In this document: positions 8,838 through 18,288 of the stretch, one piece after another
Layout of the letters: each line of letters begins with the position of its first letter
Position numbering within the stretch: position 1 is the first letter of the stretch
Sequence record: DRR378314_778
Strand: one strand, 5' to 3'
Length of the DNA stretch: 64,000 bases
Position numbers and translations under genes: made by a program
The notes under the pieces: model-generated
Database searches by the model: none
What the model was told of the DNA's origin: nothing
Seen by the model: only the letters and a program-made list of their open reading frames with translations

Positions 8838-10139
8838 TTAAGTCAGCCAGAGCGCGATCTGGGGGAAGGCCATAACCAGTGTTAGGCCGATGATTTGCAG
8901 TCCTATAAAGGGTAGGACGGCGAGAAATATTTCCTGCAGGGTAACGTCCTTCGGGGCGACCGACTTCAGGTAAAAGCATGCCGGTCCAAAAGGCGGAGAC
9001 AACATGTAGATTTGAATGTTCATTGCAAACAGGATACCAAACCAGACAGGATCGTAGCCAAGTTGAACCACCACTGGTGCAAAAACAGGAACAGTGATGA
9101 AGACAATGGCGATCCACTCCAGAAAGGTGCCGAGAATGAAGATAATCAACATCATGATGATGATGACCCCAATCGGTGCGATATCGAGAGCCGTGAGCAG
9201 GCCGCCGAGAAAACGTGTGCCACCCAAAATGTTATAGATGCCCACGAGGCTAACGGCGCCAACGATCAACCATAGGATCGAACCGGTCGTCAGCGTTGTC
9301 GCCCAAAGCGCTTCACGAATGCCCTTAAAGGATAATTCCCGTCGGGAAGTAGCAACGATCAGGGCGCCAATCGCGCCAATGGCTGCCGATTCTGTCACAG
9401 TGGCAATACCGCCATAGATAGATCCCAAAACTCCGAAAATTAACAAGAAGGGCAGGATTAAGCCCTTGAGATGGGTAAGTCGCTGCAAGAACGGCATGCG
9501 TGCTTCGGGTGTATCGAACACCGGACCCATAGCCGGATTCAGTCGTACCCTGATCAATACGTAGGTTATATAGAGGGAGGCTAGCAGGAAACCGGGCAGA
9601 ATACCTGCCGTAAATAGATCCTTGACCGAGACGTTTGCCTCTGCTCCGTAGACGATAAGGACAATGCTGGGGGGGATCAGGGTCGCCAGCGAACCTGATG
9701 CGCAGAGAACACCAATCGATAGTTTTCGATCGTAGCCGAGGCGGAAAAGCTGAGGCAGGGCGATCAGACCGAGCAGGACAATCTCGCCCCCGACGATGCC
9801 GGACATTGCGGCCAAAATGACAGCGACAAGACAGGTCTGTACCGCGACACCACCGCGCATCTGTCCGCCGAGAATGGCCATTGAATTAAAGAGTTCCTTC
9901 GCGACCCCCGAACGTTCCATGATATTGGCCATGAAAACGAAGAAGGGTACGGCTATCAAAGCCTGTTTATCCATGGTCTTGGTGACCGCCGAGGTGACCA
10001 AAATAAATCCGTTTGTCCCGAACGCGATATACGCGGTTGTCACCGAAATTAGTAACGTTGAGGCACCAAGCGGCACCCCGATTGCCATCAGGGTAAACAG
10101 GGCAACAACGATGGCGAGAGTGATGAGTTCTATGCCCAT
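8838..10139 (-). CDS. dctM: TRAP transporter large permease
   Basis: 433 aa hydrophobic; AVPFFVFMA, LIPPSI, SPPFG. Confidence 0.93.
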   Translation of the reverse strand: MGIELITLAIVVALFTLMAIGVPLGASTLLISVTTAYIAFGTNGFILVTSAVTKTMDKQALIAVPFFVFMANIMERSGVAKELFNSMAILGGQMRGGVAVQTCLVAVILAAMSGIVGGEIVLLGLIALPQLFRLGYDRKLSIGVLCASGSLATLIPPSIVLIVYGAEANVSVKDLFTAGILPGFLLASLYITYVLIRVRLNPAMGPVFDTPEARMPFLQRLTHLKGLILPFLLIFGVLGSIYGGIATVTESAAIGAIGALIVATSRRELSFKGIREALWATTLTTGSILWLIVGAVSLVGIYNILGGTRFLGGLLTALDIAPIGVIIIMMLIIFILGTFLEWIAIVFITVPVFAPVVVQLGYDPVWFGILFAMNIQIYMLSPPFGPACFYLKSVAPKDVTLQEIFLAVLPFIGLQIIGLTLVMAFPQIALWLT

Positions 10140-10651
10140 TATTCAACACCTAGCTCTGTTGGGGGGGATAGCTTCTGTGAGGGCGTAAGGAAGTTGGCGA
10201 TTAGTTGTAGAAGATACAAACCTGCAGCGATCACGAAGGCCGTCTTGATATAGGTCGGGGAAGGCGGGTCAAAGGCGCTACCGGTGGTCTGCGGTGCTTG
10301 GAGCACTTTGACCATAGGCCCCCACAACATGATGATCAATCCGGCAACTCCGACAATTGAAATTAGGATCGCCATTTTTCGGAGGCGGTTCCATGTTGCT
10401 GTGCCGACAACCAGTTCCAGTGTCGTGACAGTGATGTGCCGCCGTTGCTGCGTAACAGCGCCGACACAGAATAGCCAGGCGGTTGCGACCAGCATCATGA
10501 TGGTCTCTGATGTCCAGGATGTCGGCATTCCAAGCGCATAACGCATGAACACCTCGTAGACAGACAAAGCGATGGCTGCGACGTAAAATATACCGCAAGC
10601 CTTGCCCAGAAAGACGCTGAGCTTGCCCACGAATTCAACAAATTGTTGCAT
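10139..10651 (-). CDS. dctQ: TRAP transporter small permease
   Basis: 170 aa, 4 TM, YEVFMRY..PTSW, HI.V; between dctP and dctM. Confidence 0.9.
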   Translation of the reverse strand: MQQFVEFVGKLSVFLGKACGIFYVAAIALSVYEVFMRYALGMPTSWTSETIMMLVATAWLFCVGAVTQQRRHITVTTLELVVGTATWNRLRKMAILISIVGVAGLIIMLWGPMVKVLQAPQTTGSAFDPPSPTYIKTAFVIAAGLYLLQLIANFLTPSQKLSPPTELGVE

Positions 10652-10708
10652 GGCTAAAATCTCGAAAGGGGGCTGCTGGCAGGGTGGATCCTACCAGCAG
10701 AGGTACGT

Positions 10709-11728
10709 TTATTGAAGAAGCCCGATGGATTTCATGAAGGCATAATGTGAATCTAGAGCTGCCCGGGCTGCAGGAGACTTTTCTGCAGTTTCCTCCCATG
10801 CCTCCTTGGCGATGGCGCGAAACTTGTCACGCTCTGCCTGTGGCCAGTCGACAATCGTAATGTCACCACCAGCCATGTCTTTGGCAACCTGGGCCTTATC
10901 CTGCAGGTCAAGTTGACGGCGGACGTCGTTATAGGCGGCATAGAACCACGTTTCAAGAACAGTCTGCTGGTTTTCTGTTAAGCTGTCCCAGACGCCTTTG
11001 TTGATGGTGAACTGGCGAACCGCCATCGAATGGATGCCCGGGTACAGCGGAAACTTAGCAATCTGATGAAAGCCACTGGTTGAATTATTGATATAGGCCG
11101 ACGCATCTGCCGCGTCGATCACACCTTTTTCGAGTGATGTGAACACGTCACTAAGGGACATTGATACGGGGGCAGCACCAGCTTTTTTAAAAACCGTCGC
11201 AGCAAGGCCAGAGGGCGAGCGGACTTTTACGCCATTCAGGTCATCAACGCCGTTGATCCGGACCTTGGCAACTAGGGCCTCCTTGGCGGCCGCGCCGCAA
11301 CCGACAACATGAATTGCATTGGGCATTATGTCGTCCCAAAGCGCTTGCAGGGCATCCCGGCCGCCACCGTGCTGGCAGTAGGTTTGCACCTGGTCAACCG
11401 AATCGTAACCGGCAATCAGGTCACCGAGAATAGCAAAGGCCGGATCGCGTCCCGTGAAATAGGAAACAGCTGTCAGATCACCGGTTAGGACGCCGGCCAT
11501 AACTGCTTCGGGGGTCTCTTTGCGGTCAACAATGGCATTGATCGGAAAGAATTCAGCCGATAATTCGCCACCTGACATGGCCTTGAGGCGCTTCCCCCAT
11601 TCGTTGGCAATGTAGGTGTATTCAAACGCACCAGATTGTGTTGATGTTTGAAGTTTTATGACAGTTTCTGCACTAGCCGACGCGATGCTAAAGGCCACCG
11701 CTGCAATTGTCGCAAGTGTTAGTTTCAT
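10709..11728 (-). CDS. dctP: TRAP transporter substrate-binding protein
   Basis: Signal peptide; DLNGVKVR, DVFTSLEKGVIDAA. Confidence 0.92.
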   Translation of the reverse strand: MKLTLATIAAVAFSIASASAETVIKLQTSTQSGAFEYTYIANEWGKRLKAMSGGELSAEFFPINAIVDRKETPEAVMAGVLTGDLTAVSYFTGRDPAFAILGDLIAGYDSVDQVQTYCQHGGGRDALQALWDDIMPNAIHVVGCGAAAKEALVAKVRINGVDDLNGVKVRSPSGLAATVFKKAGAAPVSMSLSDVFTSLEKGVIDAADASAYINNSTSGFHQIAKFPLYPGIHSMAVRQFTINKGVWDSLTENQQTVLETWFYAAYNDVRRQLDLQDKAQVAKDMAGGDITIVDWPQAERDKFRAIAKEAWEETAEKSPAARAALDSHYAFMKSIGLLQ

Positions 11729-11885
11729 GTTTTCCTCCTCTCCTGTTAGGACTTATCTGGAACGACCATTTGTGCAAAGATCGATTTGTATTGACTTTTA
11801 ATGCCCTAGTTAATGTCGGCATTATTTGCTAAAGATGGTGTGAGAGTCAATGTACATTTTATTTTTGAAGAAAGGGGACAGCCGA

Positions 11886-12548
11886 ATGGCGAACTCGACT
11901 CGGGCAGATGATGCCTATCAGGTTCTAAAAGGTGAAATCCGATTAAACAGGATGCCTCCGGGCTATCAGGCACCGGAGCCGGAACTCGCATCTCGACTTG
12001 GTGTAAGCCGAACGACCATTCGTGAGGCGCTTATCCGGCTGGAGGCTGAAGGCCTAGTTGAGTTAATTCCTCGGCGTGGTATGCGCGTATTACCATTGCG
12101 TGCTGATGACATGGAGGAAATATACGAGATTCTGATGTCGTTGGAACCCGATGCAGCTGCGCGCCTAGCGGCGCGGAAACCTACGGATAAAGAGTTATAT
12201 CCGATGAAAAAAGCGGCCGAGGATATGGAGGCGGCACTCGCAGGCGAGGATTTGGATGCTTGGGCGGAAGCAGATGATCGGTTTCATCTTGCACTGTTAA
12301 GCCTACATGGTAATCGGCGTCTCATGGGTTTTATCGCGGCGCTAAATGATCAAATACACCGTGCACGTATGGTGACGCTTCGATTTCGGCAAGCTCCGCA
12401 CAAATCCAATGAAGAACATCGGGAAATCTTGGCATGTCTTAGGAAAGGAGATTCTGAAGCTGCCCGTCGCGCCTTTCTCGTGCACCGGCAACGGGCTGCA
12501 AGCGAACTGGTTGGCATCCTAGTGAAATCAGGCCTTGGTCAGCTTTAA
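11886..12548 (+). CDS. GntR family (FCD) transcriptional regulator
   Basis: ELASRLGVSRTTIREAL.RLEAEGLV wHTH; FCD motifs DDRFH, EH; GGGG RBS before ATG 11886. Confidence 0.92.
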   Translation: MANSTRADDAYQVLKGEIRLNRMPPGYQAPEPELASRLGVSRTTIREALIRLEAEGLVELIPRRGMRVLPLRADDMEEIYEILMSLEPDAAARLAARKPTDKELYPMKKAAEDMEAALAGEDLDAWAEADDRFHLALLSLHGNRRLMGFIAALNDQIHRARMVTLRFRQAPHKSNEEHREILACLRKGDSEAARRAFLVHRQRAASELVGILVKSGLGQL

Positions 12549-12751
12549 GAACATACATTAAATAATGAAGGTAACAGAGGGGCATAGATGTTTTGAACGA
12601 AGCTCCTTCGGCATGTATTCCTCGTGCGGTAATTAGTGAACATAGAACCCTAGACCATCGTTGCTTTTGTGCCCCCGCAACTATTTTATTTGCTGTGTAT
12701 TCCCGAATTAAATTACGCACTACGCCATTTTCTGGTGGGGAATTTTTTAAT

Positions 12752-13633
12752 TCAAGGCCAAGCGGCGAATGTTTTGGGCGGGATCTGTTCTTGCTTTTTG
12801 GTTCTGAATTGCCCCGGGGAAAGGCCCATGTGCTTTCGAAAAAAACGGTTGAAGTATGCTGCGTCTTTAAAACCCAACTTATAGGCAATTTCTGAAATCT
12901 GCTGGGATGAAGTTAGAAGTTGCATTTCCGCTTCCTGGACAAGTTTGCGGTGGATTTCTGCAAGAGGGGATCTGCCTGTCGCTCTTTGAACTGCCGATGT
13001 TAAGCGATCCTTGGTCACGCCGATATGGTCAGCATAAGCAGCAACAGTCCAATGGTCTGTCAGGTGCAGTTCAACCAGGGAAATAAAATTTTGGAAGATG
13101 GATCTTGGAATAGCTGTTGAGCGTTTCATCTCTGTCGCGCTCGCCCGCCAGATCTGTATGAGAAGGAGGGTGAGGTTATACCTAACAATGTCCTGGGTCC
13201 CCGGGGCATTCGTGTAGAGCTCTTCGTGGATTGTGTCTGTGAGGATTTGAAGTTGTTTGGTAGTTGTCTTGGGATCCGGTTTTTTGATAATGGGGTCAGC
13301 CAGTGCGGCTCTCACATCAACTCCGAGAGCGCCGGAGGGAAGCGAGATGCCCAGTTGTAGTTCGGGGATACTGACAACCATACCCCGTGTCCCCGCCTTG
13401 ATCGCTACTTTGGAGGAGATGCCTTGCGGCACCCACACAAAGGCTGGAGCCTGAATATCTGTGTCCGTGTTTCCCATTTGCAGGGTTGCCGCCCCGGCGA
13501 GCAGTAGAAACAGATGGGACCGCCCACCCCGAAGGACGTATTCGGTTTGCGTTAAACTGCTTTGTAGGCTCTCAGCTTCGACATTTTCCCAAATAGGAGT
13601 TGAGGGTCTGTTTTGTGCCGTCATTTTAAGCAA
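12752..13633 (-). CDS. AraC family transcriptional regulator
   Basis: C-terminal ISEIAYKLGFKDAAYFNRFFRKHMGLSP. Confidence 0.92.
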   Translation of the reverse strand: MLKMTAQNRPSTPIWENVEAESLQSSLTQTEYVLRGGRSHLFLLLAGAATLQMGNTDTDIQAPAFVWVPQGISSKVAIKAGTRGMVVSIPELQLGISLPSGALGVDVRAALADPIIKKPDPKTTTKQLQILTDTIHEELYTNAPGTQDIVRYNLTLLLIQIWRASATEMKRSTAIPRSIFQNFISLVELHLTDHWTVAAYADHIGVTKDRLTSAVQRATGRSPLAEIHRKLVQEAEMQLLTSSQQISEIAYKLGFKDAAYFNRFFRKHMGLSPGQFRTKKQEQIPPKTFAAWP

Positions 13634-13792
13634 CCCATATCAACTTTTCCTCCTGTTGTTCCTCAAAAGTACAATTTTTTCTTCAATTAGTCTATTTTTA
13701 AGGCTGGCTTCCTTCTCTACCTTATTTATTACCTAAAAACGATATGCCTTGGCAGCGCCTTTGCTGGAATAAGGCAACTTTGGGAGGGAAAA

Positions 13793-15019
13793 ATGACAGA
13801 CAGACGGAGAATTCTGCGGACCGCTGTGTTCGCGGCAGCTGCTTTCACTGCAGCGACAACCTTAATCCCAGGACAAGCGAGCGCGAGCGCGGATACAGTC
13901 AGAATTGGCTATGCGGTTTCTAAAACAGGTCCCAATTCCGCGGGAGCCGGCATTACGACAATCCCTAACTATGTTTTGTGGGTGAAAGATGTGAATGAAG
14001 CTGGTGGCTTAAAGCTGCCAGATGGCAGCCGGAGAATGATTGAGGTTATTGAGTATGATGATCGATCATCTTCCGAAGAGGCTGTGCGCGCTGTTGAACG
14101 TCTGGCGGTACAGGATAAGGTGGACTTTATTTTACCGCCGTGGGGAACAGGATTTAATCTGGCCATTGCACCTTTAATGGATAAGTTTGGTTATCCGCAG
14201 CTGGCAGTCACTGCTGTGACGGATATGGCACCAAAATTCGTACAAAGGTGGAAAAAAAGCTTCTGGTTCCTTGGGGGTGGCAGTGACTATTCCGAAGCAT
14301 TAGCCGAAATTCTCGGATCTACGCATAAGTCGGGCAAGATCAATAATAAAGTTGCAGTTGTGTCCGTTGCCGATGGTTTTGGCATAGACTTGATCAAGTC
14401 GGCACGTCCAGCCTTCAAGGAGGCGGGTCTGGAGCTGGTGTTTGACAAGACGTACCCGCTGGGAACAAAGGATTTTAACTCCCTGCTGACAGAAGCAAAA
14501 TCGTCAGGTGCGGACGCTTTTGTTGCGTTCTCCTATCCACCCGGTACATTCGGAATGGCTAAGCAGTCCAAGGTTTTGGGGTTCAATCCAAAGGTCATGT
14601 ATCTGGGGGTTGGTGTGGGCTTTCCAGTCTTTACAAAAATTATGGGGCCTGATGTTGACGGTGTAATGAGCCTTGGAGGCATTGATCCGAAAAGCCAGAA
14701 CTTTAAGGATTACGCTGCCCGGCATGCGGCTGCGACTACAAACTCTCCTGATTTCTGGGCCAGTAGTGTGACCTATGCAAGTCTTCAGACACTGCAGCAG
14801 GCAATTGAGCGGGTCGGTTTGGACCGAGAGGCAGTTGCCAAGGAAATCTCAACTGGCGAGTTTGATACGATCCTTGGAAAGATCAAGCTGGAGGACAATC
14901 AGCTCCGTAAGCTTTGGTGGACCGGTCAGTGGCAGAACGGAGTTTTTGCGGCGATTTCCCCGAGTTCTAGGGATGGAGCGTCATCAGTCGTCATTCCAAA
15001 GCCGGAATGGTCTCAGTAA
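13793..15019 (+). CDS. Liv-type (HAAT) ABC substrate-binding protein, possibly for aromatic compounds
   Basis: Export signal, IGYAVSKTG, EYDDRS; heads livHMGF-like operon. Confidence 0.85.
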   Translation: MTDRRRILRTAVFAAAAFTAATTLIPGQASASADTVRIGYAVSKTGPNSAGAGITTIPNYVLWVKDVNEAGGLKLPDGSRRMIEVIEYDDRSSSEEAVRAVERLAVQDKVDFILPPWGTGFNLAIAPLMDKFGYPQLAVTAVTDMAPKFVQRWKKSFWFLGGGSDYSEALAEILGSTHKSGKINNKVAVVSVADGFGIDLIKSARPAFKEAGLELVFDKTYPLGTKDFNSLLTEAKSSGADAFVAFSYPPGTFGMAKQSKVLGFNPKVMYLGVGVGFPVFTKIMGPDVDGVMSLGGIDPKSQNFKDYAARHAAATTNSPDFWASSVTYASLQTLQQAIERVGLDREAVAKEISTGEFDTILGKIKLEDNQLRKLWWTGQWQNGVFAAISPSSRDGASSVVIPKPEWSQ

Positions 15020-15047
15020 GTCCATCAGCTTTTAAAGGTCGCAAAAT

Positions 15048-15920
15048 ATGCTGACAACCTCTCTCGTTATCGGGTTGGTTCTGGGAGGAACCTACGCTTT
15101 GGCCGCGCTTGGCCTGACTATGCAATATGGCGTCTCCCGTATTATGAACCTAGCCTATGGGGAATTTGTAATTGTCGCTGCTTTTGCGACCTTTGTTCTG
15201 GTTTCAACACTGGATCTTGACCCGTTATTCAGTCTGTTGCTGGTAGGGCCCGCCGCTTTTGTTGTTTCTTACCTGGTTTATTCAGTGCTGATGGCACCAC
15301 TGGTTAAACGATCCCAAAAAGGCGGAAGCCTTGAGATCGACTCTATTCTGGTTACGTTCGGTCTCCTGTTTTTAATTCAGGGAATACTCCTCGTTATTTT
15401 CGGGGCGGATTTCCAGAGCTACAGCTATTTGAATGTTGGAGTGGAATTATTTGGTGTCACGATCGCTGCTAATCAGGTTCTGGCTTTCGGTCTGGCAACT
15501 TTTCTTGGAATAGGCCTTTTCCTTCTGATCCGATTTACCAGATGGGGATTGATTTTGCGGGCAGTTGCGCAAAGACCAGACAACGCTCCACTGGTTGCGA
15601 TCAATGTGGACCGTGTTGCACAGCTTGCCTTCGCTTTTGGAGGCATGCTTGCAGCACAAGCGGGTGTCGTCATTTCCATGTTCCAAACATTCACGGCGAC
15701 GTCAGGTGTTGTTTTCACCATGAAGGCCCTGATTGTTGTGATCATGGGAGGTGTTGGCAATTTCCTGGGGGCACTGTTGGCTGGTCTCATACTTGGTCTT
15801 GTTGAGGCCTTCGTATCTGCATATCTGGATCCGGGACTGACACTGGCTTCCACTTATCTGATCTTTCTGGTTCTTCTGTTATGGCGGCCGCAAGGGTTGT
15901 TCGGGAAAAGTGTGAGTTAA
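15048..15920 (+). CDS. Liv-type ABC permease (LivH-like)
   Basis: GLTMQYGVSRIMNLAYGEF, MGGVGN, RPQGLFG. Confidence 0.9.
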   Translation: MLTTSLVIGLVLGGTYALAALGLTMQYGVSRIMNLAYGEFVIVAAFATFVLVSTLDLDPLFSLLLVGPAAFVVSYLVYSVLMAPLVKRSQKGGSLEIDSILVTFGLLFLIQGILLVIFGADFQSYSYLNVGVELFGVTIAANQVLAFGLATFLGIGLFLLIRFTRWGLILRAVAQRPDNAPLVAINVDRVAQLAFAFGGMLAAQAGVVISMFQTFTATSGVVFTMKALIVVIMGGVGNFLGALLAGLILGLVEAFVSAYLDPGLTLASTYLIFLVLLLWRPQGLFGKSVS

Positions 15921-16838
15921 ATGAATAAGAGTATGAAGTTTGGCCTCTTCGGTGGAGTGGTAGGGCTATTGGCATTTGCCCCCCTTGTTTTCGAGGATTA
16001 CGGCCTCGGATTGATGATTGGGATTGTCAGCTACGCTATTCTTGCCCAGGCATGGTCTCTCTTTTCAGGGCCGACCCGCTATATCTCTCTGGCGACTGTG
16101 GCTTTCTACGGTGTTGGTGCTTATGTGGTTGCGGTCCTTAATGAGGACATGGCCTATGCCCTGATCCTGCTGATTGCAGTTGGAATAGGGCTCGTAATGT
16201 CACTGGCTGTTGGTATTGCGACTTTGCGACTCGCGGGTGTCTATTTTGTTATTTTTTCCTTTGGTCTCGCGGAATTGGTTCGACAGCTGATTACCTGGTA
16301 TGAGGTGAATGTTACCGGCACCCTGGGTCGGTATATCTTCTTGCCATTTGAGTCGCAGCATATTTACTGGATGTTATTAGCCTTGGCTGCAATTACCTTT
16401 GGGATAGCCTGGTGGATCAGAAATAGCCGAACCGGTATGGCACTTCGCGTCATTGGTGAGGACGAGGTTGTTGCTTCCCATGTGGGGATCAACATTACCC
16501 GAACCAAGCTACTTCTTTTCGCGATCAGTGCCTCCATCATGACATTGGTGGGAGCAATTCAGGCACCCCGTTGGGTTTATATTGAGCCCAGTATTGTATT
16601 TAATCCGACAGTGTCCTTTCTAACTGTGATCATGGCCTTGCTGGGTGGTCCGCATCGGTTGTTAGGGCCCATATTTGGCGTGATACCCCTGTTTCTGTTG
16701 TTTGAGTGGTTATCAGCCAATTTCCCAAATCATTATTCTATACTTCTGGGCGCAGTCTTTATTCTGATTGTGTTTCTGCTACCGAAAGGTGTTCTGGAAT
16801 TTGTCGATCGCTTTCGGTTGGGAGGGGCAGCAAAATGA
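15921..16838 (+). CDS. Liv-type ABC permease (LivM-like)
   Basis: LRLAGVYF, SRTGMALRVIGEDE, LPKG. Confidence 0.9.
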   Translation: MNKSMKFGLFGGVVGLLAFAPLVFEDYGLGLMIGIVSYAILAQAWSLFSGPTRYISLATVAFYGVGAYVVAVLNEDMAYALILLIAVGIGLVMSLAVGIATLRLAGVYFVIFSFGLAELVRQLITWYEVNVTGTLGRYIFLPFESQHIYWMLLALAAITFGIAWWIRNSRTGMALRVIGEDEVVASHVGINITRTKLLLFAISASIMTLVGAIQAPRWVYIEPSIVFNPTVSFLTVIMALLGGPHRLLGPIFGVIPLFLLFEWLSANFPNHYSILLGAVFILIVFLLPKGVLEFVDRFRLGGAAK

Positions 16839-17566
16839 CCTTGCTTCTAGAAACACAGAATTTAACAAAGCGCTTTGGTGGCCTTACAGCGGTTAGAGAT
16901 GTGAACTTCACACTCTCTTCTGGCGAGGTTGTTGGCCTTTTAGGACCGAACGGGTCAGGGAAAACAACTTTGCTGAATATGATTTCGGGTGCCCATCGGG
17001 CGACTTCAGGTCAGGTTATCTTTGAGGGTCATCCGATCCAGAAATTGCGACCTGATCAAATTTCAAAACAGGGAATTGCGAGGACGTTTCAACTGGTGAA
17101 GGTGTTGCCGACCATGTCAGTGCTGGAAAACACGGTTTGCGGACTTGCTTTTGGGCAGGACCGAAAATGGGGCGGCGAGGCGGAACAAAGCGCCATGGAA
17201 AAACTTCACCTGGTAGGTCTTGCAGATAGAGCAGGACAACCCGCGGCCACCTTGACATACATTGACAGCAAACGGTTGGAACTGGCGCGAGCGCTAGCGG
17301 CAGACCCACATCTTCTATTACTTGATGAATGGCTGTCAGGCTTGACACCGGAGGAGCTTCAGGACGGTATCCAGTTGATCAAGTCTGTCCGTGATGCGGG
17401 GACAAGCATTTTAATCGTTGAACATATTATGAGCGCCATCCGTGAACTTTGCCCGCGTTGCATCGTTATGAATGCTGGGGAGAAAATTGCGGATGGGCTG
17501 ACGGGCGAAGTCTTACAGCAACAGTATGTCATAGAAGCCTATCTGGGAGCGCCGCACCATGCTTAG
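16835..17566 (+). CDS. Liv-type ABC ATPase (LivG-like)
   Basis: FGGLTAV, GPNGSGKT, RTFQ, LLLDE, EAYLG; start overlaps previous stop. Confidence 0.92.
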   Translation: MTLLLETQNLTKRFGGLTAVRDVNFTLSSGEVVGLLGPNGSGKTTLLNMISGAHRATSGQVIFEGHPIQKLRPDQISKQGIARTFQLVKVLPTMSVLENTVCGLAFGQDRKWGGEAEQSAMEKLHLVGLADRAGQPAATLTYIDSKRLELARALAADPHLLLLDEWLSGLTPEELQDGIQLIKSVRDAGTSILIVEHIMSAIRELCPRCIVMNAGEKIADGLTGEVLQQQYVIEAYLGAPHHA

Positions 17567-18272
17567 TCTTTTTGATCTATCCCTGAGCTACGGAAAACAT
17601 CTTGCCTTAGACAAGGTGTCGTTAGACTTGGCCGCAGGGGAGACCGTTGTGATCCTCGGCGCGAATGGGGCTGGGAAGAGCTCGCTATTAAAAGCAATGT
17701 CTGGATTGGAAAGTTATTCTGATACTGCGCGGATAACTTTTGAAGGGATCGATATTGCAAAGATGGCAGCTCACAAGCGTGTTGATCTTGGATTATCCCT
17801 AGTACCGGAGGGACGGGGACTATTCCCTGCCTTAACCGTGGAAGACAACCTGCTACTGGGAGCGAATACGCGTAATGGCCGTTCTCGCGAAAAGGAGAAC
17901 AAGGCCTATGTTTTTGATCTGTTCCCGAAATTGAAGGTACGGGCAAACCAGTTAGTCGGCACTATGTCGGGGGGTGAGCAGCAAATGGTTGCAATAGCCC
18001 GCGCATTGATGTCTGCGCCAAAGTTGCTGATGCTGGATGAACCCAGTCTGGGCCTGGCTCCAATTGTCGTCAGCGAGTTGTTCGAAACATTGAAATCAAT
18101 TCGAGCGTCCGGTGTTTCCATGCTGATTGTTGAACAAAATGTTCAGGCGAGCCTCGGGATTGCTGATCGGGGCTACGTCATGGAAACAGGCCACATTATT
18201 GGAGAAGGTAGTGCTCTGGACCTTCTTTCCGATCCGAATTTACAAGAAGCCTATCTTGGAACCTCCGCTTAA
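17559..18272 (+). CDS. Liv-type ABC ATPase (LivF-like)
   Basis: GANGAGKS, VPEGR, MSGGEQQM, LDEPSLGLAP. Confidence 0.92.
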   Translation: MLSLFDLSLSYGKHLALDKVSLDLAAGETVVILGANGAGKSSLLKAMSGLESYSDTARITFEGIDIAKMAAHKRVDLGLSLVPEGRGLFPALTVEDNLLLGANTRNGRSREKENKAYVFDLFPKLKVRANQLVGTMSGGEQQMVAIARALMSAPKLLMLDEPSLGLAPIVVSELFETLKSIRASGVSMLIVEQNVQASLGIADRGYVMETGHIIGEGSALDLLSDPNLQEAYLGTSA

Positions 18273-18288
18273 ATCTAGTCAGGAAGAA